A DNA stretch of 64,000 bases. Origin: Armatimonadota bacterium. Its GTDB lineage: Bacteria; Armatimonadota; SYMT01. The position numbers and the translations under genes were made by a program. Shown piece by piece: positions 50,249 through 60,716 of the stretch. The stretch lies in assembly GCA_041690135.1 (NCBI GenBank), contig JAWLHY010000017.1, positions 96,001 through 160,000 on the forward strand. Direction: 5' to 3'. Position 1 is the first letter of the stretch; the number at the start of each line of letters is the position of its first letter. The notes under the pieces were generated by a model that was given only the letters and a program-made list of their open reading frames with translations, searched no databases and was not told the origin of the DNA.

Positions 50249-53200
50249 ACCTCGTCGCTGGCGCAATGCGCCGTCCCATTACTGTTCTCGTGCTCATTCT
50301 GGCCCTGGCCCTGGGCGCCGGCCTCGCCGTGCAGCGGATGCGCGTCGACATCCTGCCCGAGCTGGGGACGCCGATCATCTACGTGGCCCAGCCGTACGGC
50401 GGGATGGACCCGGGCCAGATGGAGGCGTTCGTTACCTCCTACTACGAGTACCACTTCCTGTACGCGACCGGGATCGAGCACGTCGAGTCGAAGTCGATCC
50501 AGGGGGTCTCGCTCATCAAGCTGTTCTTCCACCCGGGAACGAACATGAGCCAGGCGCTCGCGGAGATCATCGCTTACGTCAACCGCTCCCGCGCCTTCAT
50601 GCCGCCGGGGACCGTCCCGCCGTTCGTGATGCGCTTCGACGCGGGGTCCGTGCCCGTGGGCAACCTTGTCTTCTCCAGCGAAACGCGGAGCCTGGGCGAG
50701 ATCGCGGACCTGGCACTCTTCAAGGTCCGGCCGCAGTTCTCCACGCTGCCGGGCGTTTCCGCCCCTCCTCCGTTCGGCGGGCAGATCCGCACAATGGTGG
50801 TGCGAGTGGACCCGGAGAAGCTGCGGTCGTACAACGTCTCGCCGGATGAAGTGGTGCGCGCGGTTGCGGCCTCCAACACCATTTCTCCTTCGGGCGCCAT
50901 CCGCATCGGGGACCGGATGCCGATGGTCCCGGTGAACTCCATCGTTCCCGCCATCAAAGAGCTGGAAGGACTGCCGATCCGGGCGGGCGCGAACCCCGTA
51001 TTCCTACGCGACGTGGGGGACCTGAAGGACACCTCCGACGTCCCGACCAGCTACGCGCTGGTGAACGGCCGGCGTACCGTTTACATCCCCGTGACGAAGC
51101 GCGCGGATGCCTCGACCCTCTCCGTGGTGAGCGAGGTGAAGGCGAACCTGGCGCGCTTCCAGAGCATGGTGCCGGAAGACATCCGCGTCAGCTACGAGTT
51201 CGATCAGTCTCCCTACGTGATCCGGGCGATCGAGGGCCTGGGTATGGAGGGCCTGCTCGGAGCGCTGCTGACCGGCCTGATGGTGCTGCTGTTCCTCCGG
51301 GACTGGCGCAGCGCCCTGGTGGTGGTCCTGAACATCCCGCTGGCGCTGCTGGCCGCCGTGATCGGCCTGTGGGCCACCGGGCAGACGGTCAACATCATGA
51401 CCCTCGGCGGCATGGCGCTGGCGGTCGGGATCCTGGTGGATGAAGCCACGGTTTCGATCGAGAACATCCACACGCACCTCGCCCGGGGCAAACCGATGGC
51501 GCGGGCGGTGATGGATGCCAGCCAGGAGACCCAGGTGCCGCGGCTGCTGGCCATGCTGTGCGTGCTGGCGGTGTTCCTGCCCTCTTTTGCGATGGTGGGC
51601 GTGGCGCGGGCGCTGTTCGTGCCCCTCTCGCTCTCCGTCGGCTTCGCGATGGCGGCGTCGTATGTCCTCTCCTCGACCTTCGTTCCCGTGCTGTCGACCT
51701 GGATCCTGAAGCACCACGGCCACGCGGCCCCGGCCAAGCCGTCCCGCTGGTCGATGGCCCGGCTGCAGGAAGACTACCGGAACGGGATGTCCGGCGCGCT
51801 CCGATATCGGCCGATGATCGTGCTGGGGTACCTGGGGCTTTCCGGGCTGATCCTGGTAGCGGTGGCGCCCCAGCTCGGGGTGGAGATCTTCCCCAGCGTC
51901 GATACCGGCCGTCTGCGCATCCGCATGAAGGCGCCGACCGGCACCCGCATCGAGAAGACGGAAGATTACCTGCTCCGGACCCTGGACGTGATCAAGGGGC
52001 ACGTGGGCGAGAAGAACGTCACCGGAAGTCTCGCCTTCCTCGGCGTGCAGCCCTCCGCCTTCCCCATCAACGTGATCCATCTCTGGACCGCGGGGCCGGA
52101 GGATGCCGTCGTGCAGGTGCAGCTCAACGAGCATGCCCACTTCCCCGGAGAGGAACTGCGAGAGGCGCTGCGCGAGAAGCTGCGGGCGGAGATGCCGGAG
52201 GTGCAATACTCCTTCGAGCCGGCTGATATCGTGGGGCAGGTGATGAGCTTCGGCTCGCCGACGCCGATCGAGGTGGCCGTCTCCGGTCCGTCGCTGGCCG
52301 AGGACCGGGAGCACGCGGAAAAGATCCGGGCGGCCCTGGCGGAGATCCCGTCGCTGCGGGATCTGCAGTTCGGGCAGTCGCTCGATTACCCTACGTTGGC
52401 GGTGAACATCGATCGGGAGCGGGCCGCCATGATCGGCCTGACCACCCAGGACATCGCGCGGTCCCTGGTAGCGGCCACCTCCTCCAGCCGCTTTACGGAG
52501 CCGAACTTCTGGCGTGATCCGAACAGCGGGGTCGCCTATCAGGTCCAGGTCCAGGTACCGACCGACCGCATGAATTCGGTGGACGAGATCCGCAACCTTC
52601 CCGTCAGCCGGGGTGGGGACCAGCAGGTCCTGCTGAGGAGCGTGGCGAAGGTCACCGGCAGCACCGCGGTGGCGGAGTACGACCGCTACAACATGCAGCG
52701 GATGGTGACCCTCACCGCTAACGTTGTGGGGGAGGACCTGGGGCGGGTATCGCGGAAGATCCAGGCCGCCCTGGAGAAGGCCGGCGAGCCGCCGAAGCGG
52801 GTGAAGGTGGCCGTCCGGGGCCAGATCGCGCCGCTGGAGCGTCTCCAGGCCGGGCTGCAGACAGGTCTGGTGATGGCCGTGGTCGTGATCTTCCTGCTGC
52901 TGGCGGCGAACTTCCAATCGCTGCGCCTGGCGCTCGTGGCGATCTCGACCGTTCCCGCCGTGCTGTGTGGGGTGGTGGTAGGCCTCTGGTTGACCGGCAC
53001 CACGCTGAACATCCAGTCGTTCATGGGCGCCATTATGGCGATTGGCGTGGCGGTGGCCAACGCCATCCTGCTGGTCACCTTCGCGGAACGGGCGCGGGTT
53101 GGCGGTCTCCACGCCACCGAAGCCGCCGCGGAAGGGGCGGCGTCCCGGCTGCGGCCGATCGTGATGACCAGTGCCGCGATGATCGCCGGGATGATTCCGA

Positions 53201-53406
53201 TGGCGTTGGCCCTGGGCGAGGGCGGTGAGCAGTCCGCGCCGCTGGGCCGGGCGGTTATCGGAGGCCTGGCGGCGGCGACCGTAGCGACGGTGCTGGTGCT
53301 GCCGGCGGTCTTCGTGCTGGCGCAGGGGGGCAGCAGCGCCCAATCCGCTTCACTCGATCCGGACGACCCCGATAGCCGGCATTATGCCCCGGTTGCCGAG
53401 GCCTGA
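50245..53406 (+). CDS. RND efflux transporter permease subunit (AcrB/CzcA superfamily)
   Basis: 1053 aa; [58 protein letters not shown]. Confidence 0.95.
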   Translation: MNLVAGAMRRPITVLVLILALALGAGLAVQRMRVDILPELGTPIIYVAQPYGGMDPGQMEAFVTSYYEYHFLYATGIEHVESKSIQGVSLIKLFFHPGTNMSQALAEIIAYVNRSRAFMPPGTVPPFVMRFDAGSVPVGNLVFSSETRSLGEIADLALFKVRPQFSTLPGVSAPPPFGGQIRTMVVRVDPEKLRSYNVSPDEVVRAVAASNTISPSGAIRIGDRMPMVPVNSIVPAIKELEGLPIRAGANPVFLRDVGDLKDTSDVPTSYALVNGRRTVYIPVTKRADASTLSVVSEVKANLARFQSMVPEDIRVSYEFDQSPYVIRAIEGLGMEGLLGALLTGLMVLLFLRDWRSALVVVLNIPLALLAAVIGLWATGQTVNIMTLGGMALAVGILVDEATVSIENIHTHLARGKPMARAVMDASQETQVPRLLAMLCVLAVFLPSFAMVGVARALFVPLSLSVGFAMAASYVLSSTFVPVLSTWILKHHGHAAPAKPSRWSMARLQEDYRNGMSGALRYRPMIVLGYLGLSGLILVAVAPQLGVEIFPSVDTGRLRIRMKAPTGTRIEKTEDYLLRTLDVIKGHVGEKNVTGSLAFLGVQPSAFPINVIHLWTAGPEDAVVQVQLNEHAHFPGEELREALREKLRAEMPEVQYSFEPADIVGQVMSFGSPTPIEVAVSGPSLAEDREHAEKIRAALAEIPSLRDLQFGQSLDYPTLAVNIDRERAAMIGLTTQDIARSLVAATSSSRFTEPNFWRDPNSGVAYQVQVQVPTDRMNSVDEIRNLPVSRGGDQQVLLRSVAKVTGSTAVAEYDRYNMQRMVTLTANVVGEDLGRVSRKIQAALEKAGEPPKRVKVAVRGQIAPLERLQAGLQTGLVMAVVVIFLLLAANFQSLRLALVAISTVPAVLCGVVVGLWLTGTTLNIQSFMGAIMAIGVAVANAILLVTFAERARVGGLHATEAAAEGAASRLRPIVMTSAAMIAGMIPMALALGEGGEQSAPLGRAVIGGLAAATVATVLVLPAVFVLAQGGSSAQSASLDPDDPDSRHYAPVAEA

Positions 53407-53544
53407 CGCAGTCAGTCAGGCTGGTGTTAAGGATGCGGGGCAGGCGCCTTTTGGGTGCCTGCCTCTTTCTGAAAGTGCGAGAGGGGCATCCCAATACCCC
53501 GCCGCGTTTCGTGAATGCCGCCCGGGAATTCGGCGTCAACCACG

Positions 53545-53754
53545 GCGCGGAGTGGGAGTCCCGACGTTAGTCGGGTTTTTCCTTGCGACCACCGATTCCG
53601 AACCCGGGACTAGCGTCCGGACTCCCCTCACGGGCTCAGGCGGGTTCAGAGACGATTATCTTCTCTACGTCCCGTGGCGATCGCCAGGGCGGTAGGCCAC
53701 CTCTGCAGCGCGGGGTGGGAGTCCGGACGCTAGTCCGCTTCTTCCTTGCGACCA
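53545..53754. repeat. REP/BIME-like cluster: two 47-bp direct repeats plus one inverted 20-bp copy
   Basis: 53545-53591 vs 53708-53754 match at 41/47; 53607-53626 is the exact reverse complement of 53717-53736; each direct copy has a GGAG foot and a 5-bp hairpin. Confidence 0.75.
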
Positions 53755-53820
53755 TGGGCGCTGACCCTAGAACCGGAGCACGGACTTCTGGTTCCCTTCC
53801 GATATCACGCACCGATCTGT

Positions 53821-55296
53821 CTACTTGGTAGGGAGGTCCTTCAAGGTTTCCTCCAGGCGCTTCCGGTAACCGGGATCAAGGTCGGGGCGCTTCAGGAGGC
53901 CTTCGAGGCCCACACGGCTTCTCTCCAGGTCCTTATCCAGCGCCAGGACCACCAGGAGGGCAAACTGGGTTTCGGGGTCATCCCCGCGGATCTCTAGCGC
54001 ACGGGTAAGATGGTGGCGTGCTTCCAGCGATTCGGGCCGGCCTCGCAGGAGCAGCACCGCGAGGTTATAACGGGCTACCGCACTATCCACATCCAGTCCA
54101 ATTGCCTTTCGCAACGCTTCCACAGCGCCCTCGCGGTCCTCTTCCGCGAGCAGAATTCCTTTGAGGGCCCAGTCCTGAGCACGCGGCGTGATCTTGAGCC
54201 GGGCTTCGATCCGGGCCAGAATCGCCTCACGAAGCTCGCTGCTGTTGCCCTCGGCCACTGCCAGCCAGTCTGCCGCTCCCTCTCTCTTGGGCGCCAGCGT
54301 CAACACGGTTTCGAACGCGGCACGCGTGGCGCCCCAATCCCTTCGGGCGAGAGCGAGCCAGCCGTCCGCCTCCGCGAGGAGCAGGCGTTCCGCGCCTGCT
54401 TTGCGCGCCGCTTCCGCAGCGCGCTCCAGTTCTTGCCGCTCTTGCGGGGTAATCGCGGTCGCGCTGTTGGCCAGGAATCGCGCCGTATGCCAGAGGGTGT
54501 CGATTCTGCCGGGGCTGTTCCGGACCAATTCCAGCAACTCCTTGCGCATGGAAGCCAAATCCGGCGCCGCAGTAGCCGGAACTGCGCCCGGCGGTAGCAG
54601 TTCCGCCATCAATGGGCGCACGAAGCGCAGGGTGATCCGGCCCGAGCGGGGCGCTGGTTCTCCCGGGGCGAGTTCGACGGCCCGGTCGTAAGCTGACTCC
54701 GCCGCTTTCAAATCGGCGTTCAAATCGGAAATGAATTGGGCAGGCAGAGGCTGATTCCCGCGTCCGAGTCGCAGCAGCACACGCCAGTGGTGATCGGCTC
54801 GACGGAAGTGCGCGTCGCCCAACAGAAGCTGCGCTCGCCACGCTTTCGGCTGTATGACCGCCAACTTCTGCGCCAGTGGTACCGCCCGCAGGCCTACATC
54901 CGCGCCGACCATGGCCTCCACGGTCCACTCGAGCAGCCGCTCATCATTGGGCTTCTTCCGGTGAGCCGCCTCGACCAGGGCGAGCACCTTGGTCCACTCT
55001 TCCTGGGCCGCGGGATCCGCCGCTTCTTCCGCTAGGAATGCCAGGCTGCGGCGCGTCTCCAGGTCGGATGAACCCGCGGGGACAGTCTCTCGCTTCCGCG
55101 CCAGGTCGGCGCGCACGTCCAGTCGCGGTGCGAACCGAAGATCGGACGGAGCGAAGGTCGTCGGCTGGGAGTAAACCGTGCGCAACCGGGTCACCAGGCG
55201 CGAAGGGTCAGGCATCTTCTGCGTGGTGGGAGCAGCATCCGGGGCGGCCGTGGTGAGGGTGGACAGCACGCCTGCCAGGCAAATGAGGGAGTGCAT
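53821..55296 (-). CDS. Secreted tetratricopeptide-repeat protein
   Basis: Signal-like N-terminus; TPR patterns AQLLLGDAH, AYDRAVELAP, ALRKAIGLD..SAVARYNLA, LTRALEIR. Confidence 0.75.
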   Translation of the reverse strand: MHSLICLAGVLSTLTTAAPDAAPTTQKMPDPSRLVTRLRTVYSQPTTFAPSDLRFAPRLDVRADLARKRETVPAGSSDLETRRSLAFLAEEAADPAAQEEWTKVLALVEAAHRKKPNDERLLEWTVEAMVGADVGLRAVPLAQKLAVIQPKAWRAQLLLGDAHFRRADHHWRVLLRLGRGNQPLPAQFISDLNADLKAAESAYDRAVELAPGEPAPRSGRITLRFVRPLMAELLPPGAVPATAAPDLASMRKELLELVRNSPGRIDTLWHTARFLANSATAITPQERQELERAAEAARKAGAERLLLAEADGWLALARRDWGATRAAFETVLTLAPKREGAADWLAVAEGNSSELREAILARIEARLKITPRAQDWALKGILLAEEDREGAVEALRKAIGLDVDSAVARYNLAVLLLRGRPESLEARHHLTRALEIRGDDPETQFALLVVLALDKDLERSRVGLEGLLKRPDLDPGYRKRLEETLKDLPTK

Positions 55297-55609
55297 CGTT
55301 GCGATTCCGGGAAGAACAAGAAGAAGCTTCGCCCCGCAGTATACAAGCAGTGAAGCAAGGCGAGGAGCGCACCTGGACGGGTTTAAGGTCCCGTTAATGT
55401 AGAAGTCGGAAACCTTAAGACGGTTTCACGCGAGAATTGCCGTCGTCTTGCTTTTCATGCTTCCGGCACTCTCGCAGGGGGTATCCGCATGCCGGCAGTG
55501 TCGTGAGAGGTCCGGAGCTTCGAAAAGAGGCCCTTTTTGTGATTTTCCCGCCTCTTGGGCCTGCTCTTCGCGTGAGAGTTTGTCGCTTGGTTGGGGGGCG
55601 CCCAACGAC

Positions 55610-55625
55610 TTAAGCGTTCGTTAAG
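55610..55625 (+). promoter_or_regulatory. Pho-box-like direct repeat upstream of porin
   Basis: TTAAG at 55610 and 55621 (11-bp period); another TTAA pair at 55383/55394. Confidence 0.55.
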
Positions 55626-55742
55626 ACCGCTTGGGCGGAGTTGCTACCAAAACACGACGGTGAATGCTGGGTGAACGCCCCCATCCCGGCAACCGTGACC
55701 GGCGCTGGGCGCCAATGAATCGGGGCGTCGTGGAGTGAATGA

Positions 55743-57404
55743 ATGAAAGTTGCGCACTGGCTCGTCTCCGCCGCCTTTTGTGTGCCTGCCGTGGCCGCAG
55801 GGGCAGCGGAAGTCGCCGCCCCTCTGCCACCGGCCGACGCTGCTGTCGCCGAGTCGCGCCCGGAGGAGGTTGGGAGTAAAGATTGGTCTTACCAGGCGGT
55901 CGAGGATCTCGCCCGCCGAGGCCTCATCCACGGTTACAAGGATGCGAAGTTTTTGGAGGGCCGAACGCTCACCCGCTATGAAATGGCCTCCATCGTCAAG
56001 CGCGTCCTGGACCGCATCCTGCAGATCGGAGTTCCTTCGGAACCTAAGCCCGCGGAAGCGGAAGTTCCCGGATCGCTCGATCCGCGCGCGCAGGGCGTGG
56101 AGAACATCCCTACGGGCAAGCCGCAGGCGGCTGGGATCTCTATCCGGGATGCCGGGTTCCGGGATGCGGATCTCCCGGTAGTTCGGCGCCTGGCCGACGC
56201 CTACTCGGTGGAACTGGCCGTCATTGGGGTTAACCTCCAGGACGCGATCCAGCGGATGGCCGCACTTGAAGGGCGGCTCGACGCCGTGGAGAAGACGCTC
56301 CAGGATCCGAAAGGCCCGCTCCAGAAGGCGATCACCGACATTACGCGTCTCGACAAGATCCGCTTCTCGGGCTACGTGCAGTTCCGCTACGAATCGTTTG
56401 AGAACACGCGGGAAGCGGACCCTCCTGGGCCTCGCATCCCGATCACCGATCGTTTCACCATTCGGCGAATGCGGATGACCCTCAATGCACGTCCCACCAA
56501 TAAGACCTTTATCAAGTGGGAGTTCGAAGGAAGTTCGCTGGACATCCAGAGCCGGGATACCTTTGTCAGCTATTTCGTCAACGGGAACCCTGCCACGGGA
56601 TATACAGTCACCTTCGGTCAGATGAAGGTGCCGTTCGGTTTCGAAATTGCCCAGTCTTCCGGTCAACGCGAGACGTTGGAACGTGCGCGCGTGATCCGCT
56701 TCTTCTATCCTAGCGAACGCGATCGCGGCATTAAGGTAACTTCTCCCACGGGCAAACGGTGGATCTACGACCTGGGTCTTTACAACGGCGTGGTCGGACC
56801 GGGCACACAGGCAATTGGTCTGAACGATAACAACAACAACAAAGACGTGATCGGTAGAATCCGCACGTCCCAGTTGAATAACAAGCTGGACGCCGGGTTC
56901 TCCTTCCACCTGGGGAATTCTCTTCGGACGGCCCTCTTCGCTGGTGAACCGGCACGTCCCAGCGGCCCGGCCAGCGCCGCCAACCCTTACGAAAACGAAC
57001 GGATCACCCTCGGCGCCGACGTGCAATACCAACTTCGGGAAGGTACGGAGCTTCGCGGGGAGTTCCTGTGGGGGAAGGCGAAGGGAAGCTATGCGAAGGG
57101 CTACATCCTTCAGGCGCTCCACGACCTGAACCCCAAGAACCAGTTCGTAGTTCGGTACGACTGGTTGGGCATCGAGAACATCGTTCCGGCCCCACTTGGG
57201 AACGGCGGGACACCGGTGGGCGATTCCGTGGCTTATCGCGGCACTCTCAGCAACCTTGCTGTTGGGTTGATCCACCGGCTGGAGACTAATATCCGGCTGA
57301 AACTCTTCTATGAGATGAGCGAACTGGGCCAGAAGCGCCTGAGTTATGGTCGGGTGCCATGGCAGGGGAACGTGTTGCGGTTCGAGATCCTGACGCTTTT
57401 CTAA
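55743..57404 (+). CDS. SLH-domain, coiled-coil phosphate-selective porin (OprO/OprP-like barrel)
   Basis: Signal peptide; SLH DWSYQAVEDL...GLIHGY...F...RTLTRYEMA; coiled coil; FSGYVQFRY, F.IRRMR, GQMKVPFG.E, ER, RDRG, YNG, D.N..KD..GR porin motifs; terminal F. Confidence 0.85.
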   Translation: MKVAHWLVSAAFCVPAVAAGAAEVAAPLPPADAAVAESRPEEVGSKDWSYQAVEDLARRGLIHGYKDAKFLEGRTLTRYEMASIVKRVLDRILQIGVPSEPKPAEAEVPGSLDPRAQGVENIPTGKPQAAGISIRDAGFRDADLPVVRRLADAYSVELAVIGVNLQDAIQRMAALEGRLDAVEKTLQDPKGPLQKAITDITRLDKIRFSGYVQFRYESFENTREADPPGPRIPITDRFTIRRMRMTLNARPTNKTFIKWEFEGSSLDIQSRDTFVSYFVNGNPATGYTVTFGQMKVPFGFEIAQSSGQRETLERARVIRFFYPSERDRGIKVTSPTGKRWIYDLGLYNGVVGPGTQAIGLNDNNNNKDVIGRIRTSQLNNKLDAGFSFHLGNSLRTALFAGEPARPSGPASAANPYENERITLGADVQYQLREGTELRGEFLWGKAKGSYAKGYILQALHDLNPKNQFVVRYDWLGIENIVPAPLGNGGTPVGDSVAYRGTLSNLAVGLIHRLETNIRLKLFYEMSELGQKRLSYGRVPWQGNVLRFEILTLF

Positions 57405-57444
57405 AGAGTGCCCGCGAAGTTGACCCTCGCGAGATAGGAAGAAG

Positions 57445-57493
57445 CCCGGTTGTCCTGTTGGGTAGGTTCCCAGCAGGATGGCCGGGTTTTTTT
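57445..57493 (+). terminator. Rho-independent terminator after porin
   Basis: 18-bp stem with G-U pairs (cccggttgtcctgttggg / cccagcaggatggccggg) followed by T7. Confidence 0.75.
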
Positions 57494-57789
57494 GTTTGGC
57501 ACAGTTCGGGAGAATTGTTACCGGAATGCAGCCCGGGTGCGACGCATGATCCTGGTCGGGGACAGCCCTAGCTGCGCCAGGTGTACGAGCCGACCTTACC
57601 ACCGCCATCCTGGCTACCAGGGTGCATTGCGGGCGCAGCACAAAAGCGGAGCGGTTCTTGCCTGGGACTAGAACTAACCTCCGCCCTCTCGGCCCCCTAC
57701 CCCCCAACCTGGGGAAAGGAGGAGTCTTTCACCCAGCGCTCGTGCCCCTGCGGGTGTAGCTGGGGCTCTTTCGTAGGAGGGCATACAGC

Positions 57790-57838
57790 AAAAGAGGCCT
57801 GGTTTCTCTCCGAGATCGAACCGGAGAGAAACCAGGCC
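57790..57838 (-). terminator. Rho-independent terminator after SulP
   Basis: 17-bp perfect stem ggcctggtttctctccg / cggagagaaaccaggcc with A-tract on the + strand; a second small hairpin at 57877-57897. Confidence 0.75.
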
Positions 57839-57901
57839 CAGTTGTTGGCGTTGGCTCGTCAACAAATAAAAGGATTCCTGGGAGTTACATTCCCAGGTGT
57901 T

Positions 57902-59422
57902 TTAGCCGACGCCTTCCACAGCGGGGACCGCGGCCTTTTCCGCCCTCACCTTAGGGCGCGCGTGGCTCTTCTCCCACACCTGCTTGAGCTGGCTGAGATC
58001 CACGGTGCCGTCCATCTTTTCATAAGTCGACTGCCAGGAAGTGAGCGCTTCCAACCCGGCATGATCGATGAACCGCAGGTTCAGGTCGAAGTTGACCTCC
58101 TTGCCGGCCGGGATGGTGGAGAGGCGGGTCAGCAGTTTCGGCACTCCGGCGAAGGTGAGGGTGCCGTCCAGGTACACCTGCCAGGCGTTTTCGCCCTGCT
58201 TCTCCACGTGCACTTCCACGTGGGTGATCTTCCAGAGCAGACGGAAGAGGGCGACGGCGAAACCGATTCCCAGGCCCATCAGCAGGTTGGTCGCCACGAT
58301 GGCCACTACGGTCACCACGTAAACCGCCAGTTCACCGTGGTGCTGCAGATCCTGGATGTGCTTTTTATTCACCAGCTTACAGCCGGTGTAGACCAGGAGG
58401 CCCGCCAGAGCCGCCAACGGGATCTTCGTGATCAGGCCCGGCAGCAGGGTCACGAAGAGCAGCATCCAGACGCCGTGGAGGATGGCGGAGAGCCGCGTCT
58501 TTCCACCGGCCGTGATGTTGGCGGTACTTCGCACGATCACGCCGGTGATCGGGAGACCGCCGATCAGCCCGGAAAGGGTATTTCCCGCTCCCTGCGCCAT
58601 CAGCTCCTTGTGAAGGTTGCACCGGGGACCGGTGTGGAGCTTGTCCGTGGCGACCGCGCAGAGGAGCGATTCGGCGCTCGCCACGAAGCAGAGCGTCAGC
58701 ACGGCACCGATGTAGGCACCCAGATTGGCGCCCGGCAAAGCGGGCAGGCTAAAGCTTTCCAGGAGACTTCCGCCCAGCTCCACGCGAGCGATGTTGAGGT
58801 TGAGGGCGAGCGAGACTCCCGTGCCCACGAGCACGGCAGCCAACGCGGCCGGGAACGAGCGTACCCTGGAAGGCAACATCGGCCAGGCTACAAGCACGGC
58901 GATTACGAGCACCCCCACCAACACCGACGAGGGGTCCATGTGCGCGGCATGCTCGGGAAGCGAGAAGAGAGTCTTGAGACCCTTTCCGCCCGCCTCGTGA
59001 CCCAGGACCACGTGGGCCTGGGAGAGGGCGATGAGGATTCCGATCGCCGCCAGCATTCCGTGGATAACGGCCGGCGCCATCCCGAGGGCTACGGGCGCCA
59101 CACCCATCGCCCCCAGAGTTAACTGAAGGAGGCCCGCTCCCACGGTGATGGCGCAGGTCATTTGCCAGCCGAACTGCTGGATGAAGCCCAGCATAATCAC
59201 CGTGAGGCCGGCGGCGGGGCCACTCACCTGAAGAGGCGCGCCCGAAAGGGCGCCGACGACGATTCCTCCGACCATGGCGGCGATGAGGCCCGCCATCATG
59301 GGAGCGCCCGACGCCAGGGCTATCCCCAGGGAGAGGGGTAGCGCCACCAGGAAAACAACTAACGATGCCGACAGGTCGCCAGCCAGGGTCTTTCCGCTGG
59401 CGTTCTCATTCTGCGTCTTCAT
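57902..59422 (-). CDS. SulP/SLC26 family inorganic anion (probably bicarbonate) transporter with STAS-like domain
   Basis: DLSASLVVFLVALPLSLGIALASGAP, QVSGPAAGL, ELMAQGAGN, GGLPITGVIVRSTAN, FIDHA. Confidence 0.92.
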   Translation of the reverse strand: MKTQNENASGKTLAGDLSASLVVFLVALPLSLGIALASGAPMMAGLIAAMVGGIVVGALSGAPLQVSGPAAGLTVIMLGFIQQFGWQMTCAITVGAGLLQLTLGAMGVAPVALGMAPAVIHGMLAAIGILIALSQAHVVLGHEAGGKGLKTLFSLPEHAAHMDPSSVLVGVLVIAVLVAWPMLPSRVRSFPAALAAVLVGTGVSLALNLNIARVELGGSLLESFSLPALPGANLGAYIGAVLTLCFVASAESLLCAVATDKLHTGPRCNLHKELMAQGAGNTLSGLIGGLPITGVIVRSTANITAGGKTRLSAILHGVWMLLFVTLLPGLITKIPLAALAGLLVYTGCKLVNKKHIQDLQHHGELAVYVVTVVAIVATNLLMGLGIGFAVALFRLLWKITHVEVHVEKQGENAWQVYLDGTLTFAGVPKLLTRLSTIPAGKEVNFDLNLRFIDHAGLEALTSWQSTYEKMDGTVDLSQLKQVWEKSHARPKVRAEKAAVPAVEGVG

Positions 59423-59557
59423 CTGCAATACATCCCACTAAAAACCTGATATCTGCGGCACAACTTCGGCAACAGCGCCGTCCGGCGGCAGGTTTCAGCT
59501 TGGGCCTTTGCGGCGCCCATCTGCTCAACCCCGTCTGCCGGAGGATGCGCGCAACGA

Positions 59558-60262
59558 CTACACCATGGCCTCCGCCACTACGGCGGTCCGGCGGCCATTG
59601 CCGCGCCCGGCGCTTCCCACGGGAGCGACCTCGCTCGAAGCGTCCCAGCGAGCAATGGGCTGGAATTGCTCCTGCTCGGGGTCATACGCGAATACCTCGC
59701 CGGTCTCGATCTTGTAGACCCAGCCGTGCAAGTTCAGCGCTCCCCGCGCGATGGCCGCCGCGACCGCCGGATGCGTTCGCAGGTTCTCGAGCTGGACCAG
59801 CACGTTTTCCTCGATGGTCGCCGTGAGGAGAGCGCTCCCCGAGAGGTGCTGATAGTTGGCCTTGACGATGCGGCGGGTGGACTCGGCGTGGGAAAGCCAG
59901 TTCTGGACCGCCGGCAACTCAATCAGTGCGTCCGGTTGAAGGAGGCCGCCCATCGCCCCGCAGTGCGAATGCCCGCAGATGATGATGTCCTTGACCCCGA
60001 GCGCCGCGACTGCGTACTCGATGGTCGCTCCTTCACCGCCGTTGGCTGCGCCAAAAGGCGGGATGATGTTTCCCGCGTTGCGCAGGATGAACAGGTCACC
60101 CGGCTGGGTTTGGGTGATCAGGTTCGGGTTGATCCGAGAGTCGGAACAGGTGATGAACAGCGCCTCGGGGGATTGCCCCTTGGCCAGCCGTTCGAAAAGG
60201 TCCCTTTGCGAGCTGAAGATATTTGCCTGGAAGTGGTGAAGGCCCTGGATGAGCTTTTGCAT
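59558..60262 (-). CDS. Beta-class carbonic anhydrase (CynT/Can-like)
   Basis: [30 protein letters not shown] zinc ligands, LHGWVY; RBS AAGGA before ATG 60262. Confidence 0.95.
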   Translation of the reverse strand: MQKLIQGLHHFQANIFSSQRDLFERLAKGQSPEALFITCSDSRINPNLITQTQPGDLFILRNAGNIIPPFGAANGGEGATIEYAVAALGVKDIIICGHSHCGAMGGLLQPDALIELPAVQNWLSHAESTRRIVKANYQHLSGSALLTATIEENVLVQLENLRTHPAVAAAIARGALNLHGWVYKIETGEVFAYDPEQEQFQPIARWDASSEVAPVGSAGRGNGRRTAVVAEAMV

Positions 60263-60716
60263 TTGTTTGGTTTCCTTGCCGGCATCTCGCGGAGAGTGCC
60301 GTGCGGATTTCCTCTGATGCCGACGTTGGGCACCTGCGTCGGCAACACGCACGGCGGCCTGCAAGCTGTGCCTGCTGGTGACCGCTTACGGGACGAGCGA
60401 CATTCAGGTGCTCTCGACCGTGCGAGCGGAAGCTCGCCGGGTCGCAAGGGTTTCAGATAGAGTTGGGATCGAGGCTTCACCGGGAGGCCGATACGCGTGA
60501 TAGCCACACGCGCAGAACTTCGTGGGAAGTCTCGAGCTTGGCGGCGCCCGTGCTTCGCTCAGCCCACTCACAGCCGAAGCACGGTTGTGAAAGGGTAGGC
60601 GGTTGAATGGGCTACGAGATCGCGCTTAACCGGGCTCGGTTTGCAATCTCTTTTGAAGAGAGTGCCAAAGCCCCGTTACCGGTTGTAGACACGCCGCGCA
60701 GCCAGGCGCCTGATGA

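Noticed and set aside
51004-53343. 779-aa antisense ORF
   Set aside because: Shadow of the RND permease with H/R/Q-rich antisense composition
53545-53754. Possible mini-CRISPR
   Set aside because: Only two degenerate 47-bp copies 116 bp apart with an inverted copy between, and no cas genes
55644-57707. 687-aa antisense ORF
   Set aside because: Shadow of the SLH-porin gene; no motifs; expected in high-GC coding DNA
57581-59122. 513-aa + strand ORF
   Set aside because: Antisense to SulP and crosses its terminators
60263-60364. N-terminal extension of carbonic anhydrase from TTG 60364
   Set aside because: Typical MQKLIQG start with RBS at 60262; the extension overlaps RNA hairpins
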